Below are positions 1 through 11,215 of a stretch of 64,000 nucleotides of DNA, one piece after another; positions within the stretch are counted from its first letter, which is position 1, and each line of letters starts with the position of its first letter. Both the position numbers and the translations under genes were made by a program. Origin of the DNA: Callorhinchus milii (taxonomy: Eukaryota); NCBI RefSeq assembly GCF_018977255.1, contig NW_024704743.1, forward strand, positions 1,736,001 through 1,800,000. Direction: 5' to 3'. The notes beneath the pieces were generated by a model. The model ran no database searches. It saw only the letters and a program-made list of their open reading frames with translations, and had not been told where the DNA came from.

Positions 1-475
1 ACACACACACACACAGAGATACAGAGAGAGAGACACACACAGAGATACACAGAGAGAGACACACACAGATACAGAGAGAGATACACACACACACACACAC
101 ACACACAGAGATACAGAGAGAGAGACACACACAGAGATACACAGAGAGAGACACACACAGATACAGAGAGAGATACAGACACACACACAGCGACACGAGA
201 GTCTGAGAGAGATACAGAGAGATAGAGAGACAGACACATACACTCACAAATAGATGGACTGAGAGAAACACAGAGAGAGAGATACACACAGAGAGAGACT
301 GAGACAGAGAGAGACTGAGACAGAGAGAGACTGAGATAGAGAGAGAGACTGAGACAGAGAGAGACTGAGATAGAGAGAGAGACTGAGACAGAGAGAGACT
401 GAGACAGAGAGAGAAAGATACAGAGAAAGAGAGAGACAGACAACACACACACTCACACACACATATATATATAGA
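1..475. repeat. Compound (CA)n/(GA)n microsatellite with GAGAGACT-type subunits
   Basis: Directly visible. Confidence 0.95.
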
Positions 476-514
476 GGAAGGTACCACAGGCAACTCATCC
501 GGCAACGAGGTTTG

Positions 515-618
515 CTCTCTCTCTCCTCCTCCCTCCCTCCCTCTCTCCCTCTCCCTCCCTCCCTCCCTCTCTCCCTCTCCCTCCCTCCCTCCCTCCCTCT
601 CTCCCTCTCCCTCCCTCT
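515..618 (+). repeat. Polypyrimidine (CCCT/CT)n tract just upstream of exon 1K
   Basis: Directly visible. Confidence 0.95.
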
Positions 619-667
619 GACACCAGTGGATGTTTGTTGGCTCTGAGGCTCAGGAACCTGCCCCAGA

Positions 668-718
668 ATGAAGAAGCAATCCATGATCAAAACGGCCACA
701 ATGCAAGGCAACGTGATG
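668..718 (+). CDS. DPP6: DPP6 alternative first coding exon 1K (DPP6-K/DPPX-K N-terminus), 17 codons, phase 0
   Basis: Translates to MKKQSMIKTATMQGNVM, 13/17 identical to the recalled human DPP6-K N-terminus MKEKAMIKTAKMQGNVM. A consensus donor G|GTAAGT at 719 lies exactly where the human isoform joins ELVGS. Confidence 0.92.
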
Positions 719-1077
719 GTAAGTGAGCAAACCAGTGTTCGGCAGAGAACCAGCCCTGAACCCCAGTCAGTCAGTCAGTCACTACACTCCAGTCCAGTCC
801 AGTCCGGGGGTTTAAAGAGTGTTTGGGCTTTAACAGGGAGTCTGGTCAACCTGGACCAGGATACCTCAACAGGATCCCTCCCTCTCTTCCCTCCCCCCCC
901 CCCCCCCCTCCCCCTCCCCTCCTCCTTACTGCTACTACTCCCCCCACCCCCCCCCCCCCACCACACCCCCACCACCCCCAAACTTAACTAAAATAAACTT
1001 CTGCGTAGAAATCCATAAGTTTTCTGTGCATTTCAATGCTTCCAAGAGTTTCAGGTTTCCATTTGCAATGGATGTGC

Positions 1078-1213
1078 TTGTCGTTGCTGTCGTCGTTGTC
1101 GTTGCTGTCGTTGTTGTTGTCGTCGTTGTCGTTGTTGTCGTCGTCGTCGTTATCGTTGTTGTCGTTGCTGTCGTCGTTGTCGTCGTTGTCGTTGTTGTGG
1201 TGGTGGTGGTGTG
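1078..1213. repeat. (GTT/GTC/GTG)n trinucleotide microsatellite
   Basis: Directly visible; source of the poly-Val and poly-Thr pseudo-ORFs. Confidence 0.95.
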
Positions 1214-3519
1214 TTTTGGGGGGAAGTGAAGGGGTTGAGGGAGGGAGGGGGGGAGGGAGGGAGGGGGGGGAACAGGGGGTTCGTTTTCAAGTGGTAACCC
1301 ATTTTTTTGTGGGAAGAGGGAGTCAAATGTGTGGCTTTTGAACTGCATTTGGGGCGACAGTTCAACCTCCATCCAATCCAATGCGAAGGGCAAACTTGGG
1401 TTGGTTTCTGGTTGTGTCAGATGCTGTTTCCTATTCCAAGGAGCTGTTTGAATTTATTCCTGAGTGAATCTCCTCCCCCCCCCCCTGTTATTTATTCCTG
1501 CTTTTATTTGCTGACCAGAGAGAGAAAGACAGAGACAGAGACATCTGGAAAAGGATTTGAAGAGTAATGATCAGATGCTTTTGTTGCTGTTCACATATGA
1601 TGGTTGATGTTGCCCTCTCATTTCTTTCTCAGCCGGAAAGACACTATGGGGGTGTGAGGGGGTGTGAGATTTGGAGATAAGATAGGTATGAGGCTTTCTT
1701 GCGAGGTGGGGGCGCGGTGTTGGGGGAGGGGTTGATTAAGGATTAAGGGGAGGATGGACTTGAATGGATGGTCTGACATTGCGGGGTTTTTTTTTGGGGG
1801 GTGGGGGGAAGAGGGGATCAGCCGGGGTGGGGGGGTGACTGACACACGCGGAAATTCATCACCATTGCTTAAGAGTCTCCAAACCCAACTGAGAATTCCA
1901 GGCCTCCCAACGACACCTGGAAGTTCCCCGACACAGATTGTTGGAATGGAATACACACTCTCTCGCTCTCTCCCTCTGGAGTGACGCTCCCCCCCCCCCC
2001 CCCCACCGCTTACCTAATTCCGGAGAGTATTAGGCACAGGTTGGCGAGAGCCAAGGCTTGGGGTGGGGAGAGCCCAGAGTGTGCGTTGGGGGTAACTGCT
2101 GGAGTCTAACCAGCTAAACCCCCACACACAGCTCGGCCATCGAGAGCGCTGTCTGGCCAAGCTTTCCCGCTGCTCGTCCAGCGAGGACCCCACCCTCCCC
2201 GCTAGTTAGTTAGGGCTTTGTCTGCGGGGTTAAAGTGTTAAGATGCGACTGTTTTAACTTGCAGTGAAATGGGTCAAATAAGACCCGGGCTGGCGCTCGC
2301 TTGCAACTGTGTGTGGTGCGGGTGTGAGGCAAGGGAAAGAAAAAGTTTAACACACAGACAGACACAGACAGAGAGAGAGAGAGAGAGAGAGAGACAAATA
2401 AACATTTGTCCGTTATACATTCACCATCTTTACAATTTCTAATCGACGTCTTCAATAAGATTACAAGGCGATTGGTGCGGATTAAGGCAAGGGGCTGAAT
2501 AAGATCTGTCACGGAGAGCACGTAAGCCTGATGGATCGCCGTAAAAATCCGCTTGCGTAGTAGTAAAAATAATAATATCATTAATAATAAAAAATAATAA
2601 GCAGTATTTGCGGCAGAGAATCATCTGCAAGTCAGACCAGACACTACCAACTGGGACCAGCAAACCTCAGGTCTGTAGAATTCAATACAAATTTACATTT
2701 ATACAGCAGCCCCTCCCTCTCCTGTCGGGAGGACGTCCCAAGGCACTTGACAGTCCCGGCTTGGCGCTCGGACTTGGGGCTGGGACGCAGCGGGAGAGGG
2801 AAGGGGACTGAAAGCACGAGCCGGAGCGTGGTTTGGAGCCAGGCAATGCCTCGAGTCGTTAACTTAGTTGAGACGTCAAGTCGGCTTGTGAGTTACGAAG
2901 GATTGATTCCTTAACTGGAAACATTGGGAAGCAGCCAATCGCAAAAATTGTCCCCTCGAGAGCCTCCTGTTCTCCGCTCCACTGATCTTTACCCATCGAT
3001 CTTCGATTCGCGACTCTTATTAAAAAAAAAGGGGGTCGGATGTTGACAGCGCAGTTTGCAGTCTTTAATGCGTCTCGAGCCAAAAGCTGAGCCACTTTAC
3101 ATTCGGTCTCTCACCACTAATATTTTTTTTGGACCATCTCAACTCATTTTAATTTCTTTTTTTTTTACTTTTTGGGCCCGGTGTTGGGTTGGGTGTCAGC
3201 GTTTGTTAGTCTGGGTCCTGTTCGCTGCAACTTTGCTGATGTTTGCAACATTGGAACGTCTTTATTCTTCCAATTTAAAAGCAACAGGGGATGAGCAGAG
3301 TTGCTGTGTCGGCTGTAAATAAGTTTATAGGTATTCTGTAACTGCAATAATTCTGTATGTTGTCTGACCTCGTATGGTATTAGGTTGCATTGCGTTTCGC
3401 CCACGAAATACGCGGTCAATTCACTTTACATCCTGTGAAGTGCTTTGAGACGTCTCTAAGATGTAATAAGGCGCTGTATTAAATGCAAGGATTAATATTA
3501 TTATTATTATTACATAAAG

Positions 3520-3915
3520 TGGGTAGGTTCACGCTGGCAAAGAGAAGATTGAGAGGCAATATGGCATCGCTTGTCAAGTTTCTGAAGGGACGAGATAACG
3601 TAGGTTAGGATCAGCTGTTTTATCTCAGTCCGGGTCAGTGGAACCAGAGGATTCAGACACAAATCCGTGGAAACGCTGTTTCAGTGAGTGAGTGGTCAAC
3701 GTATAGAACAGGCTCCGAGACAGACAGACAGACAGACAGACAGAGAGACAGACAGACGGTGGAAGCAGAAAGTGTTGATTCTTTTCAACAGCAAATAATT
3801 TGGGAAATAATCTCTCGGGGGATACAGGATGTAGTTTGGGACGTGACATGCCAAGGATGGTGGAAGGCAAACTGGATGGACCTCAGCCTTCTTTCCGCCA
3901 GCAAATTCTTATGTT
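3520..3915 (+). mobile_element. Decayed CR1-type LINE 3' fragment (interrupted by (GACA)n)
   Basis: AGAGAAGATTGAGAGGCAATATG and GGAACCAGAGG motifs of CR1 3' ends; terminal ACTGGATGGACC...CCTTCTTTCCGCCAGCAAATTCTTATGTTCT. Confidence 0.6.
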
Positions 3916-3929
3916 CTCGCGTATAGGTG

Positions 3930-3970
<41 letters not shown>

Positions 3971-4676
3971 ATCGTGGGTAAAAAAAAGATTAATTCCCTT
4001 GTTGGAACAGATCTCGTAGTTTATTGCATTTATTATGATTCTAAGTTATTGCCTGGAGGAGGAATATGAAGTTGAACATAAAACAGTGACTGATCCAGGT
4101 AACCGCCATCCCAGACTGGACTCTATCTGCGCAGCACTAACACAACACAACGCTGCGGTAACAGAGAGAATGCCGGAACTGGCCATTGGAAGAATTCTCT
4201 CTCTCCCAACTCCCCCTCATTCGTAGATTATGTAACACTCCCTTAACAAGAGCACTCGACGTGTCGTTTAAATCCTTGAAAAACAAAGAGGACTGTCCTC
4301 ATCTTGGGAATGAGATTAGATGATACATCGAAAGGAGAAGGTCATTTCTCTCTCTCGTTCTCTCCCGATGTCCAGGACCCCCCACACACACCCCCCCCCC
4401 CCCCCACCTCCCCACCGATAAAATGAGTCATTCACATCAAGGCTGATTGTGGGACCTTTCTGTGGGCAAATACAAATTTGCATTTGCCGAAAAACACACA
4501 GTCACTACACTTTGCAGTAGATCCCGTGGAGCGCTTTGAGACGTCCTCCACCCACGAAAGGCGCTGTATGGAGATGCCACAACCACGGCAACGACAACTC
4601 ACATTTATATAGCGGGATAGCGTCGAGGGGCGCTGGTGCAATGTACGCAAGGAATACTCTTATTATTATTGTGAGT

Positions 4677-5095
4677 GGAGTCCCTGGAGCTCAGGGGTCA
4701 GAGCCCTCGCCTCGCGAGCGAGAGGACCCGGGTTCGATTCCCGGGCAGGTCAGGGCGAGACATCGGGCAAGTTTCCTCACTCCACACTCACACACACACA
4801 CACACACACACTCACACACACACACACACATGCGCGCCTCTGTTTACCGGCAGTCAGTAGGAACCCGGTTGGTAGTCGATTGGGGGATCGCTTTTCCGAG
4901 GAATAATAACCTTAAAAAATAAAACATAATCACTCAACCCGCGGCTGTTTGTGGAGACGCTGCTGTGCGCAATCGGCCGCCGCGTTTCGCCCACAAAACA
5001 TACAGCCAATTCAACTTTACAGCGTATCCTGTGAAGCGCTTTGAGACGTCTCGAAGACGTGACGAGGCGCTGTATCAAATGCCGGGATTATTATT
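4677..5095 (+). mobile_element. Full-length tRNA-Ala-derived SINE (main family)
   Basis: A-box-like GAGCTCAGGGG, B box GGTTCGATTCC, internal (CA)n, conserved body, L2-type tail AAGCGCTTTGAGACGTCTCGAAGACGTG...GGCGCTG and (ATT)n end. Confidence 0.9.
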
Positions 5096-5682
5096 GTGAA
5101 GTGGGTTATCTTTGCTCTCTGGAATCAGCAGAAGCTCTGACATTTATTTATTTTTGCTATATATTAATTATATTGTCCGTGATGTCAGGCCATCAGCGGG
5201 ATTCGGTGTTTCCGGCTCTGCTCAGGACTCGGGCAAATTGTCTCCATTAGGAGGGAGAGGAGCCGGTTTATAATTCATTGGGATGCACGGGGAGATGAAT
5301 ATTTTTCTCGCAGACGCGAAGAATATATGCGCAGACCTTTCCCCAGGAGACGGAGTGGGTGAGCGAAATCCACAATAGGATACCTTTGCCCGCCTCCCCC
5401 CCCCCCCCCCACCCACCCCCTCTCTCCCCCCACCCACCCCCTCTCTCCCCACGGTCTACAGAAGGAGCACAATTGATGGGCCCAAGTAATTTCATTTCCT
5501 TTGTTGCAGCTTTTGTCCTCTACCTCGGAGTAATTTGTGCGCAATGAATACTCGAGCTCTGTTGGAGACAGATGTGCCGTTTGCCCAAAGCCATAGGTAT
5601 AAATTCTTGATTGCCAAACAAAGCTGATTCCGCTTCTCACGCCTGGCTTCTCGGGCTGGCTGCGGTGGATCTACCATTCGGT

Positions 5683-5850
5683 GTCAGCCTGGCCCTCGCT
5701 CGGCTTGTAGCCCTCTCGCTCCTGAGTCTGAAGGTCGTGGATTTCAAGCCAGGACTTTGAACTCACACCCAAGTTTAGACAGTCGCTCTCCCTCTCTCTC
5801 TGATGCAATGTTGGGGGACAGTACTAAGGTGTTGGAGGTTTGGACGAATC
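5683..5850 (+). mobile_element. Old Deu-type (SacSINE1/AmnSINE1-like) SINE 5' fragment
   Basis: GTCAGCC...CTCTCGCTCCTGAGTCTGAAGGTCGTGGATTTCAAGCC head, the same family as 43555-43762 and 54470-54800. Confidence 0.55.
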
Positions 5851-7317
5851 ATTAATAATAATAATAATAATCCTTGCATTTGATAACGCCGCCTCATCAC
5901 GTCTTCAAAGCTCTTCACGGGATACACTGTAAAGTAAACTGACTGTGTATTTTGTGGGCGAAACGCGGCACCCAATTGCGCACAGCAGCGACCCCGTAAA
6001 CAGCCGCGGGTATTATTTATTTTGAAGCAATTATTACCACTGGAAAAGCGATCCGCAAATCGCCTAACAACCGCCGGGTTCCTACTGACTACTGAGTAAA
6101 CAGTGTGTGTGGAGTAAAGAAATTTGCCCAACCTTTCGCCCCTCCCGGGAATCAAAGTCAATTCACTTTGCAGTGTATCCTGCGAAGCGCTTTGAGACGT
6201 CTCGAAGACGTGATGAGGCGCTGTGTCAAATGCCGGGATTATTATCATTACTATTATTTACTTCCTTTGTGTTTGTGGTCAGATCAGCACTCACAAACTG
6301 ACTGCCACGTTCTCATACAAAAGCACACACTTAATCCAAAATACTTTACGGTAAGTAACCGCAAAGGGCTTTGAGATGTTCTTCTCCGGTGTGAAGGGCA
6401 TCGTACGAAATGCAAGGATTATTGTATACCCAGTGAGTGTCGTAAACATGCGCTCATACACACATGTCACGGATGATGTAGCTGTGGCTTCGGTGCAGTG
6501 CAGACTTCCCGGAAATGAGAAACGAGATGAAAAAGGTTAATTGAAACAACTGTGGAGGTTGGGAGATCCCTAGTTAGCGAAGCATTTAGGGAATGATTAG
6601 TGAGGAAGGCACCTCAGCTACGTCCAAATAGACTAATGAGCAGAGAAGGGTACCAGAGTTGGATTAGAAATGTAAAGGGATGTATTAGGATTAGGAAGGA
6701 AGGTTTTCCAAAGAGCAACAGAGAGCTGCACCTAAACAGCGCCCTTCGGGGAAGAGAATATTTTGGAGTGATTCACAGTACCGTTTCAGTTGCCAAGCGA
6801 AGGGGAGAAAGGGAAGATGATAATAGTAATCCTGGCATTCGACACAGCGCCTTATCACGTCGTCGAGACGCCCCAAAGCGCTTCGCAGGATACACCGCAA
6901 AGTGTAGCGACCGTGTGTTTTGTGGGCGAAAAACGCGGCAGCCAATTGCACCCAGCGACGTCCCCGCAAACAGCCGCGGGTTGAGCGACCACATGTTTTC
7001 TTTTAATGAGTTATTACCAGTGGTAAACCGAACAACCGGGTCCCTACTGACAGCCCGGAGTAACCAAGTCAGAGTCTTGTTTAACGGTTGCTGGCTCAGT
7101 GCTCACCATAACGGAAGAGGAACCCACGCAGGGACACTCCAAGCGAAGTGGCAGCAATCAGGGACAGAAGGGCCACTATATCACCGGCGGCTTTTCCAAA
7201 GCAACGAGTCTCTCAAACCGATATATTCCAAATTCGAACCGAAACATATGAAGACAAATGCGGGAATTCGAGTGGCTGTGAATTTCGACTTTGTCTTCAG
7301 GTCTGACTTGCCTCGCG

Positions 7318-7348
<31 letters not shown>

Positions 7349-8157
7349 TCGAGAGAGAGTGCTTATATCTGTACTCTTCGGAGGTGCCTGTGAATAGTTA
7401 CTCCTTTCCATTCAATTTCTGCGACGCTGCAATAAATCACCCGCAGACTTGCACAACCTTCCAAGGGGGGGGGGGGGGAGGGGGGGCCTTCTGACAACGC
7501 TGTCGGGAGCGCACGAAAAAAGTGCAGCGGGAAAGAGATGTTCAGTCCTTCGGTCATTAAACGATCCGAAGGGTTTTGTGATTGCCTTGGCTTTAGGCGC
7601 AGATGATTCGTCAGGCCTTGCAGCGGCACGCGACGGACATGGCCGTAAATGAAACCGAGCGGATCATTCGCACGCTGTCAATCCGTCCAGCGAGGCGCCG
7701 TGGCCACCGACAGGAATGAAGATGTTTATCCGATCTCACTCGTTAAAAAAAAAAAAAAAAAAATTCTCCACCTCCTGAATCGTTGGCCAGCCCGCAGATC
7801 AAGTATGATTTCAAGGCGGATCTGCTTTCTTGCTGAGGGGGTGCAGAATTCTACCCCGGGTCTGAGAGTTCAAAAAGATCTCTTTGCAGATCACGCGCCC
7901 GGATTGTAAAGCGCGCGAGAGAGAGAGAGAGAGAGACAAATATCTTCTGTGAAGCGCTTTCAGGCGTCTCAAAGACGTGACAAGGCGTCATGTCAAACGC
8001 AAGGATTAGTATTATATTGTTGTGATATATAAAATGTTAATCTGACATAGCGCTTCACGGGATACACTGCGGAATGACGTGACTGTATATTTTGTGGGCG
8101 AAACGCGGCAGCCAATTGAGCACAGCAGCGTCCCCCGCAAACAGCCGCGGGCTGAGT

Positions 8158-8573
8158 GGAGTCCTGTCCTGTAGCTCAGGGGTTAGAGCCCTCGCCTCGC
8201 GAGCGAGAGGACCCGGGTTCGATTCCCGGGCAGGTCAGGGCGAGACATTGGGCAAGTTTCCTCACTCCACACTCACACACACACACACACACACGCGCCT
8301 CTGTTTACCGGCAGTCAGTAGGGACTCAGTTGTTAGTCGATTGACGGATCGCTTTTCCAGGGGTAATAATCCCTTCAAGATAAAAATAATAATAATAAAT
8401 CAATCACTCAACCCACGGCTGTTTGTGGGGACGCTGCTGTGCACGATTGGCTGCCGCGTTTCGCCCACAACACACACAGTCACTATACTTTACGGCGTGT
8501 CCTGTGAAGCGCTTTGAGACATCTCGAAGACGTGATCAGGCGCTGTGTCAAATGCCGGGATTATTATTATTAT
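8158..8573 (+). mobile_element. Full-length tRNA-Ala-derived SINE, abutting an antisense tail fragment at ~8049-8157
   Basis: GGAGTCCTGTAGCTCAGGGGTTAGAGCCCTCGCCTCGCGAGCGAGAGGACCCGGGTTCGATTCCCGGG head through to the (ATT)n tail. Confidence 0.9.
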
Positions 8574-8596
8574 AAATCCCTCACTTTCATGGCTTC

Positions 8597-8765
8597 TGTG
8601 TGTGTGTGTGTGTGTGTGTGCATGACATGTGTGTGTTGTGTGTGTCCGTGTGGTGTGTGCATGGTATGTGTGTGTTGTGTGTGTCCGTGTGGTGTGTGCA
8701 TGGTATGTGTGTGTTGTGTGTGTCCTTGTAGTGTGTGTGTATGTGTGTGTGTGTGTGAGAGAGAG
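8597..8765. repeat. GT-rich array with a ~40-bp tandem unit
   Basis: TGTGTGTGTTGTGTGTGTCCGTGTGGTGTGTGCATGGTA repeated about 2.5 times. Confidence 0.85.
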
Positions 8766-10781
8766 AGGAGGTCTACACAGGTTTACACATTTACACAGGT
8801 CTTGGAATGAATGAAGTAGTGCCTTCGAAATCAATCTTTTTTGCGTTCCTGAAAGCTTTTGAGAACAATAACTTGATCGCATTTACAGTAAATGCAGATA
8901 CAGCATTTTTTTTAAAAAAATCGTTGTCACCCAAGTTTCCATCCGAAAGGTTTCGATGATACCCATTGCTCAGCATTTAGGGCTTTAAACAATATCACTA
9001 ATTTACATTTATACAACGCCTTTCATGTACGGAGGACATCCAAAGTGCCTCACGGTACTGTGCGGACACCCAAATTAATAATAATAATCATAATAATCCT
9101 GGCATTTGACACAGCGCCTGATCACGTCTTTTGCCGTAAAGTGTGGTGACTGTGTGTTTTGTGACTGAAACTATTTTTTTATTACTATTATGCATTTATT
9201 CATTTTTTGGGGGAAGGAATTATTAACCCCAGGAAACGCGATGCGCCGGTCGACTAACAACCACTTTACTGCTGGGTAAACGGAAGCCGAGGAGGGGGTG
9301 AGGGGGCGGGCGGGGAGAACGCACATTGGGGTGTCTTTCCTGACGTAGAAAGTGCTCTGAGACGTTACCCAGCGTGGAGAAGGGGCTATATAAGTGCAAG
9401 TTGTTGTTGTAGAAGACGCTATTCCAAACATAAGGGTTATTATTACTACTATTATTATTATTATAAATTGCCTTAAGAGCTGCCGTTTGTTCCTGTAGGT
9501 CACAATACATCTTTCTTTTAAACGCTCGCATCGATGTACAACGCGGGTTGATTATTTATTATTTTATTGTTTTGCACGCACACGCATGCACGCACACACA
9601 CTCATGCACACGCACTCACACACACGCACACACGCATGCACACACATACGCACACACACACATGCGCACACACGCGCACCCTTTGCGGATGGACAGTGAG
9701 ATAAACCGCCCTCGCACAACTAACGGAGAGGCCTGTGAGCTTTGATCAATTCGTTGCCGCCGGGGATTCACAGGGGGAGTTTTGAGTTTTCATTGAGTTT
9801 TTAAAAGGAGAGATAAGTCGCCGACGGTTCACCACGAGGCTCGGCAGTTCCTGACACCCCTGGGCTTGCCGTGACACAGTGATAATCTCGAAGGAGTTTA
9901 CATTTGTTCGGCCGTGTGTCTGGTACCCGCAGAAACCCGTCGCCTCGCTTAACAGCCGAAAACAAATTAATAACTAATAACTAATAATAACTAACAATTG
10001 CTGAGTCGGCAATAACGGTTAATAATAATAGTAATAAGTAGTTGTTAGTCGATCGGCGGATCGATTTTATTAATAATAATAGTGGTTAGAGCGCTCGCCT
10101 CGCAGGAGTAATAATAATAATCCCTTCAAAATAACAATGCATAATAATAATAAATCGGTCACTTCAACCCACGGCTGTTTGTGGGGACGTCGCTGTGCGC
10201 GATCGGCTGCCGCGTTTCGCCCACAAAACACACAGTCAATTCATTTTACGGCGCGTCCTGCGAAGCGCTTTGAGACATCTCGAAGACGTGATGAGGTGTT
10301 GCCTCAAATGCCAGGAGTATTATTAATATTATTATTATTATTATCTGCCCAGAGGAGGCTTGACTGCCTCCGATGAGACAGCAGTGCCTTGCTTCACACC
10401 ATCTTTGTGACACAGTCAGGCAATCTTTATGTGCAGTCGTTTAAAACACTCAAGCGGTTTCCAGCAACAATTCACACACAGCGGTAGGGTCCAGATCGAT
10501 CGCTGCAGTTCCAGTTGAGGCTGAAACAATCCTTAAGCAATCATTTTGATGGTTTTCAGAGCAAAGTTTGAGGATATTTTAAAGGACTCTCCACTTTAGC
10601 GCTGTTCAGAGTGCTTTCAGCTGATGGTAAATGCCTGGATTTAACTGCTCACTGGCTATTAGTTTGTTTCATTTCACTGCTGTCCTATTGTTTGGAGATA
10701 AATTAGTGACAGGTGGGCAGATGGAACGACAAGAACACAGCGAAACGCTGTACTGGATGAGGCTGTTCGACCCATCAAAGT

Positions 10782-10894
10782 GGAGTCCCTGGAGCTCAGG
10801 GGTTAGAGCGCTCACCTCCCGAGCGAGAGGACCCGGGTTCGATTCCCGGGCAGGTCAGGGCGAGACATTGGGCAAGTTTCCTCACTCCGCACAC

Positions 10895-10932
<38 letters not shown>

Positions 10933-11215
10933 GCCTCTGTTTACCGGCAGTCAATAGTAACCCGGTTGTTAGTCGATTGGCGGATCGCTTTTCTGAGGGA
11001 TAATACTTCTTTCTAAAAACATGAATTAATAATAATTCGGTCACTCAACCCGCGGCTGTTTGTGGGGGACGCCGCTGTGCGCAATCGGCTGCTGCATTTT
11101 ACCCCCAAAATACACAGTCAATTCACTTTACAGCGTATCCTCTGAAGCGCTTTGAGACGTCTGGAAGACGTGATGAGGCGCTGTGTCAAATGCCGGGATT
11201 GTCATTATTATTATT
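10782..11215 (+). mobile_element. Full-length tRNA-Ala-derived SINE
   Basis: Same head/(CA)n/body/tail organisation as 4677-5095. Confidence 0.9.

Noticed and set aside
719..991. Continuation of the 107-aa ORF 668-991
   Set aside because: Similarity to DPP6-K stops at the GTAAGT donor; the rest is intronic, including poly-C.
6600..7397. 265-aa ORF
   Set aside because: Runs through CR1 and SINE remnants and (GA)n; no recognisable domain.
8158..8240. Bona fide tRNA-Ala gene
   Set aside because: Imperfect acceptor stem, no T-run terminator, and many dispersed copies continuing into a SINE body.
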